A DNA stretch of 64,000 bases from Paraphysomonas bandaiensis (Eukaryota; Protista; Chrysophyceae): the NCBI GenBank assembly GCA_965644295.1, contig CBFFRP010000153.1, forward strand, positions 1 to 64,000, read 5' to 3'. Below, in pieces: positions 47,601 through 58,841 of this stretch; the first letter of the stretch is position 1; the number at the start of each line of letters is the position of its first letter. A program made the position numbers and the translations under genes. Below the pieces are notes generated by a model. The model did no database searches and was not told the origin of the DNA. It saw only the letters and a program-made list of their open reading frames with translations.

Positions 47601-50600
47601 AATAGAATCGCCGATAAGCCAGAAAAATTTACCTATGTATGCAGAATTTTTACAGCACCACTACTTACTTGGTGTTGAGCATGTATTTTTGGCTGGTACT
47701 TATTCTTGGAATGGACCGAATATGGCTCGTTTACTCACCGCATTTCGTAGTTATATCGATGAAGGCTTGTTATCAGTGCATTCCCAGGCAGGGGATAATA
47801 TTGACCTTTTGTACAGCATACTTGGGACATCCATGGACCGCGATAACATTAAAATTATGTATGTCAACATGTGTCTGTACTTAACCAAAGGAGTTGTTGA
47901 TTACCTCGCGATATGGGATATCGATGAGTATTTTATTCCACGTCTTCCGCACAATTCAATTATGGACGTCGTCCACGCGGCTGAATCTACCATTCCTTTA
48001 AAACCATTCCCTGAAGATGAGGACGTATTTGAGCTGTATAAGAATTGGAAAGGAGGGAGGGGTTGGGCAGATGGTGATGCCCACCCGTTCTGCTATTTAA
48101 TGCTATTTTCGGAGGTTATCTATAGCTCGCTAGGATTCCCAGAGGTATTTGACCCGGATAAACCTTGGGTGGGCTATAAGTATCCCCACCTTCCGGAGAA
48201 GCAAAGAACAGGCCTGGCGTTTAAGAAGAGTATCATTCCCACCCGACTAATATTTCAGGTAGGAGCATTGCGCCTTAACTGTTTCTTGTGCTAGTTGCTG
48301 TCAGTGATATTAGTCTGTGTTTATTAATTAACAACTGATCTTGAAATCAGGCGGGCCTTCACATGCATGGCGCATGCAGCTTGCCCAACGGCTTTAGAGG
48401 GTATGACTGTGCGGTGGAGGAGGAGTTCTGCTATGTACACTACCCGCGTGAGCAGTATGGCTACACAAATAGGAGGATTACCCAGGAGGGAGAAACGATT
48501 GATTTTTCGATTTACCATAAGTTCGATAGCAGTATGTACAATAAAGACGCCAAGCGAATCGATCCTCGCTCACAAGCAACTATATATCACTTTCAGATAC
48601 ACCGCACCTATATGGCCGCCAGCAATGAAGTCTTAAATGGTTCTCAGAATGAGTATGTAACCAGGTTTTTCCCTCGAGTGTTATCTGAGTTGAAGCGGCG
48701 TGGGTTAAATATCCTTGTCACTCTTCCGGATAATGTACGTGAGTTTGACAGTCCGGCTAGCGAGTGGGTACCTTTGCATTCTGCAACTGTGCAGTATGTA
48801 CTTTCTCCAGATAATAGCCATGCTTTGAATTCTCATCCGAATAAGCCTATTGTTGCCCCACAATATCCTGGAGTTACAAGTGAATTACCACACTTCGTCA
48901 CTGATCAATCTGATGTGATATTGGGTGGAATTATTGAGAGAGAGCACGACTCTTGGGATTTGTATCTGACTACATTCTTCATGGCTCATGAACAGCTTGC
49001 GAACCGCACGAAGATTATTAAAAACGATTTCATTCGTCCAGATACTGTAAATTGGTGGATGAAAGCTATCAAGCATTCTCGAGAAGTTAAATACACCGAA
49101 GTGGGTATGCGCAATGATGGCTTTGTATATTTATGCCGTATATCAAACTTCAAGGGAGGCGCTGTCTACTTATCCAAAGGGGTATTTGTGCCCAATGAAT
49201 TGACGCCTGATGTAAATGCGAACAAACGATTAGATATTCTGCGTTGTCCGCTCAAAGACACTGAACACGCTTATAGACGGCTATCTCACTCGAACCAGAG
49301 TTTGTTTGTGGAGATTTTGAAAGGAACTCAAAGTATTGTTAACTACACCGTGCCGTGGATATCTAGACGTACTGGTTTCATGCTCTCTTCGCCCCCCTCG
49401 ACAGTTAGTTTTGATGCATGGAAAGGCTTTGAACCATCACAACCGCACAGTGTGAAACCTGATTCTGTAGGAGGCGATGAACTGCATATGTGTGTACCCG
49501 GAATCGAATCACCGATATCTAAGAAAACAGTGGCAATGTACGGCGAATTTCTACAGCATCACTTTTCCCTTGGAGTGCAGCACATTCACGCTGCCGTTAC
49601 CTACACCTGGGGAAGCAAAAACATGAATCGGTTTCTGGAGGCGTTTCAGTCTTACATTGATGATGGGTTGTTATCTGTTGTCTCTGAAGCCGGAGACGAA
49701 GATCTCTTGTATGGTTTTTTTGGCATGTCGATGGACAGAGATAATATTAAGATTTTCTTCGTGAATATGTGCTTGTACCTAACAAAAGGGGTGGCTGAGT
49801 ACTTGGCTATATGGTACGCACTTCGTTGTACTTTTTAATCGTGTTGAGTATATTATTCTTGGTGCATCATTTGTACAATTGTTTTATTTCTAAGACCGCC
49901 TCACTTTGTTACTAGGGATATCGACGAGTACTTTATACCCAAGCCGCCTCATCACACTATAATGGATGTCGTAAGAGCTGCTGACTCTCCCACTCCTCTT
50001 GTACCATTTCCTCCTGAAGCTAATGCCTTCGTCGAGTTTCCGAAGTTCAACGGCGGTCGCGGCTGGGCGGACAAGGACGGACATCCTTTATGTTACTTCA
50101 TGATGACTTCTGAAGTGCTCTATCGCCCTCAAGATGCCCCTGCAGAAGCGACTTTAGCTTTTCCATGGGTAGGATCCCGATTTACTCGAGCACCTGAAAC
50201 ACAACGCAGTGGATTGAAGTTCAAAAAGCCCATTCTACCCACAAGAAAAATATACCAAGGCGCGTTGCACATGGCAGGGGGTTGTAAGCTTGACTACCCC
50301 TTTTCTGGATGTGAGAAGGATGTCAAAGGGTTTTGCTACTCTACTTTCCCTCGTCACAGATATGGATTAACAATTAATTGGACGGCTAATACGAACGTAG
50401 ACTTTTCTTTCGAACAGCGATTCGATGGACTTATTATGGATAAAGACGCAAAGAAAATTAACTCCACTGTAGAAGCTGTTATATATCATTTTCAGATCCA
50501 TCGGTCTTACTTTTTGTCTGATGCACCATCAGAGTCGACAAATGACTATGTACAATTCTTTTTTCCCCATGTTGTTGACGCACTGAGGAGAAGGGGGATT

Positions 50601-50714
50601 GAGTTGTTAGTATCCCTGCCAGCGCATGTGCGTTTCTATGAGGCAGTAGACGAAACCCTCAAATGGCCGTCGTTTCACGAAGTTTATGCAGCTGTTGCTG
50701 CAAAGTCGCGATGA
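44626..50714 (+). CDS. Type II membrane protein with three tandem glycosyltransferase family 92 (DUF23)-like domains, 4 exons
   Basis: N-terminal TM helix. Three internal repeats, each with DSWxLxLTTFF, NANxRxDI, EFxQHHxxLGVxH and CLxLxKGxxxYxxxWDxDExFIP. Introns near 45474-45575, 48259-48350 and 49813-49915. Confidence 0.75.
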
Positions 50715-53700
50715 TTCTCAATAGAAATCGATGTAGAAAGGTTCAGTATCAGACGAGTAGAATGAAGAATGTTGCTCCACACTGCATAATGTATTTTGTG
50801 TCCCTATCTGACCAACATGTGTACTAGTGATGAACAAGAATATATATCTCCCCGTTGTTTTTGAATTCGGTTTTTGAATGGGTATTGCATGAAGCGATTA
50901 CATTTGACCTCGTACATTGCTAGTCCTGTTGCATACCTATGACAGCTAGTATATTGATTTATATTTTTATAGCTCTGTCAATTCAGCCTGAATATAAAGT
51001 ATAAACGTATTTATGTCAGTAATTGTTGTGAAATACAGCATAGGCAATCAGCAGTACAATTTCCTGTAGCAACAGCTATAATTTCCTTGTGTATATAGTA
51101 TATAGTGCAATGCATTTACTGGAACCTGGAACTGCAGTACCAGTTCCAATGTAGAATATAGTGGCCCTACGCACATGTCGTATTACATTCTATATACACT
51201 ATACACAAGCTAGCGCTTATTATTCCCTTGCAACACAGCGGTTCTTATTATAATACTTAAGTACATAAGTAGTGCAAGCACAGACAACTTTTCCCATATT
51301 TTTCATCGCTTTCACCATCACGTGGTCAGGTGGTCAACTCCTTTTATTGCTTTTTTATATATAGACTATAGACTAATGGTGTATTATTCTTTATAGATGG
51401 TCGTAACCACAAAACGGCACTCTTGATATAAACGAAAAAAGTAACTGTCTTATCTCAATCGAAGCTTGACAGCAATGAACAACATCAGCAGCGATATCAT
51501 TTTAAAACCTACTAATTTTTTTATTTGTTCCTACTAAACTAAAATTACAGCTGAGCCGTATTTAAATTTAGTAGAATCAAATAAAGTTCTTATAACTTAG
51601 TAGTAATGTCAAAAACTTTAGTAGGAAGAAAAGACACTTTTTAGCTTTTAGTAGGAAAGTCGGTAAAATATTGTAGGAATAAATGCATTACCAACATCAC
51701 AGTGTCATCAAATTACCTGGAAAAATAATTTCATTATATTATACGATATTGGATTAAAGAGCACAACACCAAAGCACTACTTCAAAAGCAGTGGACCCGA
51801 ATTAATTTCATACAATAATTCTACTATATCCCAGATTCAGGCATTCTCAGTCACTATCAAACGGCTAGGAAGTATGTATGTGTTAGTATGACAGGTTTTT
51901 GATAGATTTTTTTGGAAGAAGTGTATGCTAGTATGGCGGGTTTTCCAAACAGAACACACGTCCTTCCAGCCTCCACATCTACTTATATGTATAGATATTG
52001 ACACATGCCAGTCGTGGTTTTTTACAGTTGAAGTTCAGGAAACTAAACTTGCTGTGGTGGACACGATGGTGTTTACAGATTTTTGATTGGTGTTCTACTA
52101 CTTTCAGGGTGAGCAAATTCGAAAGAGCCCTCAAGAATCCACAGATCACTCAGTCTTGCTCGCACAGACAGCTGATGAGCACCCGAAAAAAGGGTCAAAT
52201 ATGTGTCTATAAGACTATAATTCACATTGAAGTTGCGTATAATGCACCTGCTGTGCAGTAATAGGGTCCTAACGACTTCGATAAGCGCATGTTGCAGCAT
52301 ATTCCCAGCAACTCAATGGGGCAGCGAACACCCCAAAAAGGGCAAGATGAAAAGGCTGTGAAGCCCAGTATGGTCCGTAATGGTCATATCAAGCGCATTC
52401 TAGTTGAAGCTTGTTTAGAGATGGAGCAGGAGGCTTTTTACCGGCTTCAGTTCCTATGAAGCGCAAGAAGGTGAACCAGATCTTGAGCACCCTCTCCCCT
52501 CTTGGAAGCACTACTAATGGTAGTTCATCCACAATGCCATCCCTCGCACATTTTAGGGGCATTGTGATGGCAGTCAAAGATTCCGGGGTTGAAGACCTTC
52601 CCGCTTTACGAGGGATGTATACCCTGGAAGAGAGGAAGGAAGCCCTCTTTGATGTTTGTATTGAGGCTTCTACTTACGATCGTGCCTCAGAGGGTTATGA
52701 CGTTCCTGACCGGACAATTTTTTGTGACAAGAAGGCTGTCATGGGAAGATTCCACCTGACTAAGCACAAGGCTGTCAAGGAATTATCAAAACAGTTATCG
52801 AAAGCAGCTGCGTTTCATGGTAACAACGAAGTGTTGCAACAGCTACTCCGAAAGGGAGCTTTGAATCCCTCTTTTGATTGGAGAACGGCTACATTGGGCA
52901 GTTGAAAGCATACCGTGATGTTCTCCCAAATTCAGCTGCCATCGAGGTCGATGCGTTCGGAGAGACTCGAAGCCATGGCTTGTCATGAAGATGGAGGAAC
53001 CTATGCAGGAAGCTCTCAGGCATTCAGATTGTGTTGCTTCTGCTGTGGCAGATATCGGGAGTCATTCCGATGACGGCGAGGCATCCAAGTCTGATGTCAG
53101 TGTGTGACTTTTTTATTTGTATCAGCGGAATTTACCGCAGAACTTGCTCTTGCTAACACGGAAGTAGTAACTTAATGTTTGGTGTTAATATATTGATGTT
53201 ATTAGCTCATGTTGATTACTCTGTTATACATATTTCTATATAATATGAAATTTTGACGAATTTGTATTGTTATATATTTACTGTAGACTGTAGATAGAGT
53301 GATCAATTAGAAAACACTTAGCAGTTAATTAGAATAATTTATATTGTGATCAACAACGTTCAAGAATTTATTATCATAATTTAAAAAAATATTAGAATTT
53401 CCAACACCTTCAGATATAGCTAGGTAGCATGTGCGGGCTCACCAAAATCCCAGAATGGGTAGAATCTGTCCATAGTGGCAGATATTATTTCAGTATACGA
53501 TAGCTAGCCTAGTAAAATAGGTTGTATTTCTAATGATACACTATATTCACCAAATACAACACGAGAGTAAGAAGTTGCGATGTCACTGATGGCAGTTAAC
53601 TGAACATTACATAAACCTCGATCTTAATCTCTGGCCACATTGCTTTTTTACTCAGCGATTCATTTACTCACTACTGACATGACCTACTGCTGAATGAGAT

Positions 53701-55146
53701 AGTCAGTTTAAATTACTACCTCTATCCCAATGCCGCGTTCGTGTAATGGCCCATCACTTGCCCAGTATGTAGAACCAATCAGTAACGATTGCTCAATTCT
53801 AACTCCTGTGCAGGTTCTGTAATGCACATTTCGTGGCAGGGGTTATTCCACCAAGTACATACCGAATGTAAGTATAAATCCATTGACAGGTCGCCGCAAA
53901 AGCGATTGAGCACGCCTCACACCTCTCGGTAGTATCGTTCGTGCATATTGTGCTTCATCCCTTCTCGATGCTTAGCACTCTGATTGCCATGTAAAACGTT
54001 ACTATAGCTTCATTAGATCCAAGGTGTTCCCTTGTATACCTAATACCGTCGTAACAACATTTTATGTCACTATCATGCACGTTAAATACAGAGACGGTAG
54101 GGCGCCTTTACCATGACAACCCAGAGATTCCTCGTGCTTTCAATCAACTCAACGCTGTCAGGGTGACGTTGATCGTCCACACTCATTTTAAACATAGTAA
54201 ATAATAAGTGTTATTGTTTCATTTGTGCATCAATGTCACTCTTGGGGAGCTGCAGACACTACAGTGAAATACCAGGTCATTGTGTGATAGCTACCCTACA
54301 CAATGCTACACAACGAATTACAAAAATCTGAGCACATCAGCGTATCAAGCACAGTTGAGTTAGTCTAATGGCAATGTCAGATGTAATGTATGGAGCTCTC
54401 ATGGCGCGTCATGTAGGGATCATTCCATAATATGGTGTGTAAGTGACTTCCACCGACAGTGAAAACCTGCCATACTAACATACAAAAAAAACGGTTTCGA
54501 CGAAATCCTTGAAAGTGTCTCTCTTTGCCGGTCAATAACTTTACATCCAAATTATGAATGTCGATGATCAATTAGTATGAATTGCAGCCCAGAGCAAGCC
54601 TGATCGATGGATAGTCTCGGCTGTCTGTTTGGTTGTGTGTATGAAGAGTGATTGTTAAGAGAAAAACCAAAAGAGACTGTCATACACATGTGCCTACTTC
54701 CCTCTCTGTGGAGGATAGAGCGAGATGCTGTGGAGTCTGCATAAACTGCTGTGCTATTATCATACGTATCATATACAGACCAAATACAGCACAAATACTG
54801 TATAGAATACGTAATGCGAATACAGAACATAGCAACACCCCACCAACACACACACGCACCCCACAGCTACTTGTCCATATATGCCAGTGTACTCCACTGC
54901 TCCACACTGGTTCGTACAGAAGTATACTACACTACACTACACTGCTGTATGAACACTCAACACACCACACCATTCTAGCATTGTCACACGGCTCACTCAC
55001 GTTGCATTCCAGTTCTCTGTTAGTTCTGAGGCGTCTGGAGACTCCACTGCACTTGTAGTATATTTTGCTTGGGTTAGAGAGAGAATTAAGAGCTGCTGAT
55101 TATTGACTGGCTGAGCACCTGTTGAGCTTTATTACTACTATTAGAT

Positions 55147-56064
55147 ATGTCTGCAGCAATTGAACAGCGCAATCAAGAGGCCACAGTTTATATCGGTAAT
55201 CTCGACGAGAAAGTCCACGATGAGCTGCTGTGGGAACTGATGTTGCAGGCCGGGCCTGTCGTCAACGTTCATATGCCCAAAGACAAAGTTAACGGCCAGC
55301 ACCAGGGATACGGATTTGTTGAATTTCGAAGTGAAGAGGATGCCGACTATGCCATGAAAGTAATGAATATGATAAAAGTATATGGCAAGCCCATTAAGGT
55401 TAACAAGGCATCTCAAGACAAGAAGTTGACTGAAGTCGGTGCCAACATCTTCATAGGCAATCTTGACCCGGACGTCGACGAAAAGCTATTATACGACACA
55501 TTCAGTGCCTTTGGTGGAGTCACACAGACACCAAAGATAATGCGTGATCCCGATACCGGCGCCTCCAAGGGTTACGGGTTTGTTTCGTTCGATAGCTTTG
55601 AGGCCTCGGATATGGCAATAGAATGTATGAACGGGCAATATCTCTGCAACCGCTCTATATCCTGCCAGTATGCCTTCAAGAAAGAATCGCAGGGCGAGAG
55701 ACATGGGTCTCAAGCGGAGCGCATGATAGCTGCTAGCATGCCACAGAGGTTCAAGCCACACACTATATTTTCTGGAGGAGAGGGAGAGGCACCAGGTAGT
55801 GCTGGAGGGATGGCTGCCGGGGCGGGCATGATGATGCAGCCTTCACAGATGGCAATGCCAATGCCTGGCATGCCTCCTGCTTATCCCATGGGTGGGATGC
55901 CTCCGATGTCTATGTCAATGCCCCCTCCGCCGCCAATGGGTATGCCCGCCCCTCCTCCAATGCCTCCTGCACCAGCCGCCCCCTCCGCTTATGGTATGCC
56001 TGTCCCCCCACCCCCACCTCCATCTTCCACGGGATATTATGCTCCGCCGCCGTCTTACCAGTAG
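55147..56064 (+). CDS. SF3B4: Splicing factor 3B subunit 4 (SAP49/Hsh49)
   Basis: [13 protein letters not shown]...[12 protein letters not shown]...GYGFVEF, second [38 protein letters not shown], Pro-rich tail. Confidence 0.96.
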   Translation: MSAAIEQRNQEATVYIGNLDEKVHDELLWELMLQAGPVVNVHMPKDKVNGQHQGYGFVEFRSEEDADYAMKVMNMIKVYGKPIKVNKASQDKKLTEVGANIFIGNLDPDVDEKLLYDTFSAFGGVTQTPKIMRDPDTGASKGYGFVSFDSFEASDMAIECMNGQYLCNRSISCQYAFKKESQGERHGSQAERMIAASMPQRFKPHTIFSGGEGEAPGSAGGMAAGAGMMMQPSQMAMPMPGMPPAYPMGGMPPMSMSMPPPPPMGMPAPPPMPPAPAAPSAYGMPVPPPPPPSSTGYYAPPPSYQ

Positions 56065-56397
56065 TATGTTCCAAGAATCTCGTGTTAGTACTCTTGCTGC
56101 CACACCTTTGCCTTATTCAGCTCTTGTTGTTTAATGATGGTGTGTCTGTCGCTCTCCTAATAAACACTCTGATATTATATAATCATATAGCTCCTGGCTA
56201 GGGATTAAAGTGGCAATTGGAGACTTGTTTCAGGTTGTCAAGTCAAGCGTATTGAACGACGAGTTGCTACTAGCTCTTACAAATGCTTCTGATATATAGA
56301 TGTAGTTGAAATGGTTTAAATGGCTTTTCACTATAATTTTTGGCCTCGTTAAAAAAAATAATACTTATTCAAACTATAGTCTATAGCCAACTCTAAG

Positions 56398-56512
56398 CAG
56401 GGCTGCGTATCAATTAATTGACGCAGGTGGTAGTCAATTATAATTGCAATTATTACTTGCTGTCTCAATTTCAATTATTGCAATTAACTGCAATTAATTG
56501 ATCCGCAGCCTG
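56398..56512. mobile_element. 115-bp hAT-type MITE
   Basis: TIRs CAGGGCTGCGTATCAATTAATTG / CAATTAATTGATCCGCAGCCTG. 8-bp TSD ACTCTAAG (56390-56397) / ACTCTTAG (56513-56520) with one mismatch. Confidence 0.8.
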
Positions 56513-56826
56513 ACTCTTAGATAAAGTTTAAAAAGTAGTCACCAATAGCACTCACATATTGTTACGGTATTACAGAAAAATGGAGTAATAGCTGTAAGGT
56601 CCAATGTAGCATTTATCATGTAGGAATTCAACAAATACCGTCGCCCATCTGAGTCTGTAAATATTTAGTGTAATGTTGTATGCAGAGTTTTTGAGGAATT
56701 ATCTGAAGTGAAAAAACAGACATTGTGAATTTGCCCTCTATATTCAGTTTTATTTCTTCTACTGTTATAGTTGTCTAGTTTTGGTATTATTATAAGTGCA
56801 ACAAAATAAAGAATAGGTACAAGCAA

Positions 56827-56912
56827 CCCTCAACAAAGTCGGACTCGCACCTTTCGTGGTGTTCTGATGGATAAGTACCGGAGAGATTATCTCTGCGAAA
56901 CTAACGTGAGTC
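56827..56912 (+). ncRNA. Candidate HDV-like self-cleaving ribozyme at the 5' end of the SINE-like element
   Basis: P2 GACTCGC/GTGAGTC, P3 ACC/GGT, L3 TTTCGT, P4 hairpin, J4/2 CTAAC. P1 and P1.1 are less certain. Confidence 0.55.
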
Positions 56913-57290
56913 GCAAACATAGTCAGCAGATATTGTTCTGCCCACTCATAGCCGAATGCTTGTGTGGTACAAGGAGGGATACCAATAAGTGTCACTTGTG
57001 TAGACGTCTATGGGCCCTGACGAATATATAGGCATTCGGGAATGGTCCCACCTCACAGGCATCCGGGATATTGAGTTGCCTCCTGAAATCAAGCATCGAG
57101 GCTAGTTCACCTTAAGAATAGCGAGCGGAAGTGGTTGCACCTTTGTGCTTGCGGTGACGCACAAGCAGCTTCCGTAGCGTTAAATAGTAGGATAAAAGAG
57201 GTGTGTACTGATTAGTTACAGGTAGAGGTCTAACTAGTAGTTTGTCTAGCATTCATCTCTAGCTACTAAGTTGGTAATAATAAGACTTTC
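56827..57290 (+). mobile_element. SINE-like copy with the best-preserved head
   Basis: CCCTCAACAAAGTCGGACTCGCACC... through GGTTGCACC...TAATAATAAGACTTTC. Confidence 0.85.
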
Positions 57291-57296
57291 AATATA

Positions 57297-57815
57297 TCTT
57301 TCGTGGGTGTTATGGGGGATCAGTACCGGGCATATTTATCTGGGAAAAACTAACGTGAGCCGTATAATAATATACAGATAATATATAGTTAGCAGATAAG
57401 GTTCTACCCTCTCATATAGCCGAATCATGGTACAAGAGGGACACTAATAAGTGTTTTGTATAGACGTCTTTGGATCTTGACGAATAAACAGGCATCCGGG
57501 AATATGGCCCCACCTCAAGAGCATCTGAAGTATTGGGCTGCCTGCTGAAGTCAAGCAGCCGTGCTGTTCACCTTAAGGACTCAAAAATCCTGAAGTCAGC
57601 AGATGTCAGGTATATCAAAATTCTGCTTGCTCACTGCATTTTCTTTGTGAGATAGAGCGAAAGTGGTTGCACCTTGATGCTTGTGGTGATGCACAAGCAA
57701 TTTTCGTAGCGTTAAATATTAGGATACCAGAGTTAAGCACTTATAATAGCTAATTGCAATGCTACATTAGTTCTGACTCATAAACGCCTGTTGCTAATAA
57801 TAAGACATTCACTTC
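57297..57815 (+). mobile_element. SINE-like copy, in tandem with 56827
   Basis: Begins within the head (CTTTCGTGGGTGTT) and ends TAATAATAAGACATTCAC. Confidence 0.82.
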
Positions 57816-58153
57816 TGCTACAGGTAAAAATCTTACACGAAACGGTAATTTCATGAAAATTTGAATCGCGATGATTCAAAATCATTAAAAATTACTATCG
57901 TTAATATAAGTAGAAATTAGCAAATAGAACACCGCATATCGCATGTACCCTATACACGAGTGCAAAATATATACTGAAATTTTGAATGGATGTCTCCTGG
58001 ATAGCCATCGAAGATACACGTCTGTCTGCGATACTTCCTATTGTGTTTAGCTTCAAGCTTTTCCTGGTTACGTTGTTGCTTTTTAACTTAGATATTATTC
58101 TGACTTCAGGATATAATTTCCATTGACGTTGATATCGAAGAACCATATATTAT

Positions 58154-58334
58154 AAGTCTTATTATTTAGCAATAGGCGTTAAAAACCTGCACCAAAATAG
58201 TGGCTAGTTGAATGCTAGACATACTAGTTAGACCGCTACCCATAACTAATCAGCACAAATTTTATTATCCTACTATTTAACGCTACAGAAGCTGCTTGTG
58301 CGTCGCCGCAAGCACCAAGGTGCGACCACTTCCG
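58154..58334 (-). mobile_element. 5'-truncated SINE-like copy (tail only), minus strand
   Basis: Reverse complement: CGGAAGTGGTCGCACCTTGGTGCTTGCGGCGACGCACAAGCAGC...GCCTATTGCTAAATAATAAGAC. Confidence 0.8.
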
Positions 58335-58841
58335 ATCTATTTACTTTATTTTCAAAAACATATCGTCATGATTTAACGATATAAGTCCAAATATATCTTC
58401 TTAGATTCTATCAGTCCTGACACGTGCGGTGGTCCTACAGGCCTTGCTGATTATAAATAGGATGCAGTGCAATAACCTTTTTCAAACATATTCTAATGGT
58501 GTCTTACATTGGCTGGAACGAACTTCAGGAATCTACTGTATGGTGTACTCAATTCAGAAAATGATTGATTGTCGTTACTACATGGTGATTGTACTTCTAC
58601 CTAGCGTATCGATATCATTTCATTGGCGTATTTATCTATACCCAAACATATACTATGTTTAATACAATCACGCTTCTATGAACTACAAGTGGTTGAAACA
58701 TATCGATTGTTAAACAAAAAGTTCCACAACAAAAGAGTGCAATCAAAGTTAAATCTTTACATGTATCTCTCGTTCTTAAGCATTTTAGGATATCATAAAA
58801 TATGTGAAACAATGCCATCCACAATTAAGCGAAAAATAATA

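Noticed and set aside
57010-57060. Hammerhead core (CTGACGA) in the SINE body
   Set aside because: It occurs in one copy only (others read CTTGACGA, CTTGATGA or GTGACGA), and there is no suitably placed GAAA with stems.
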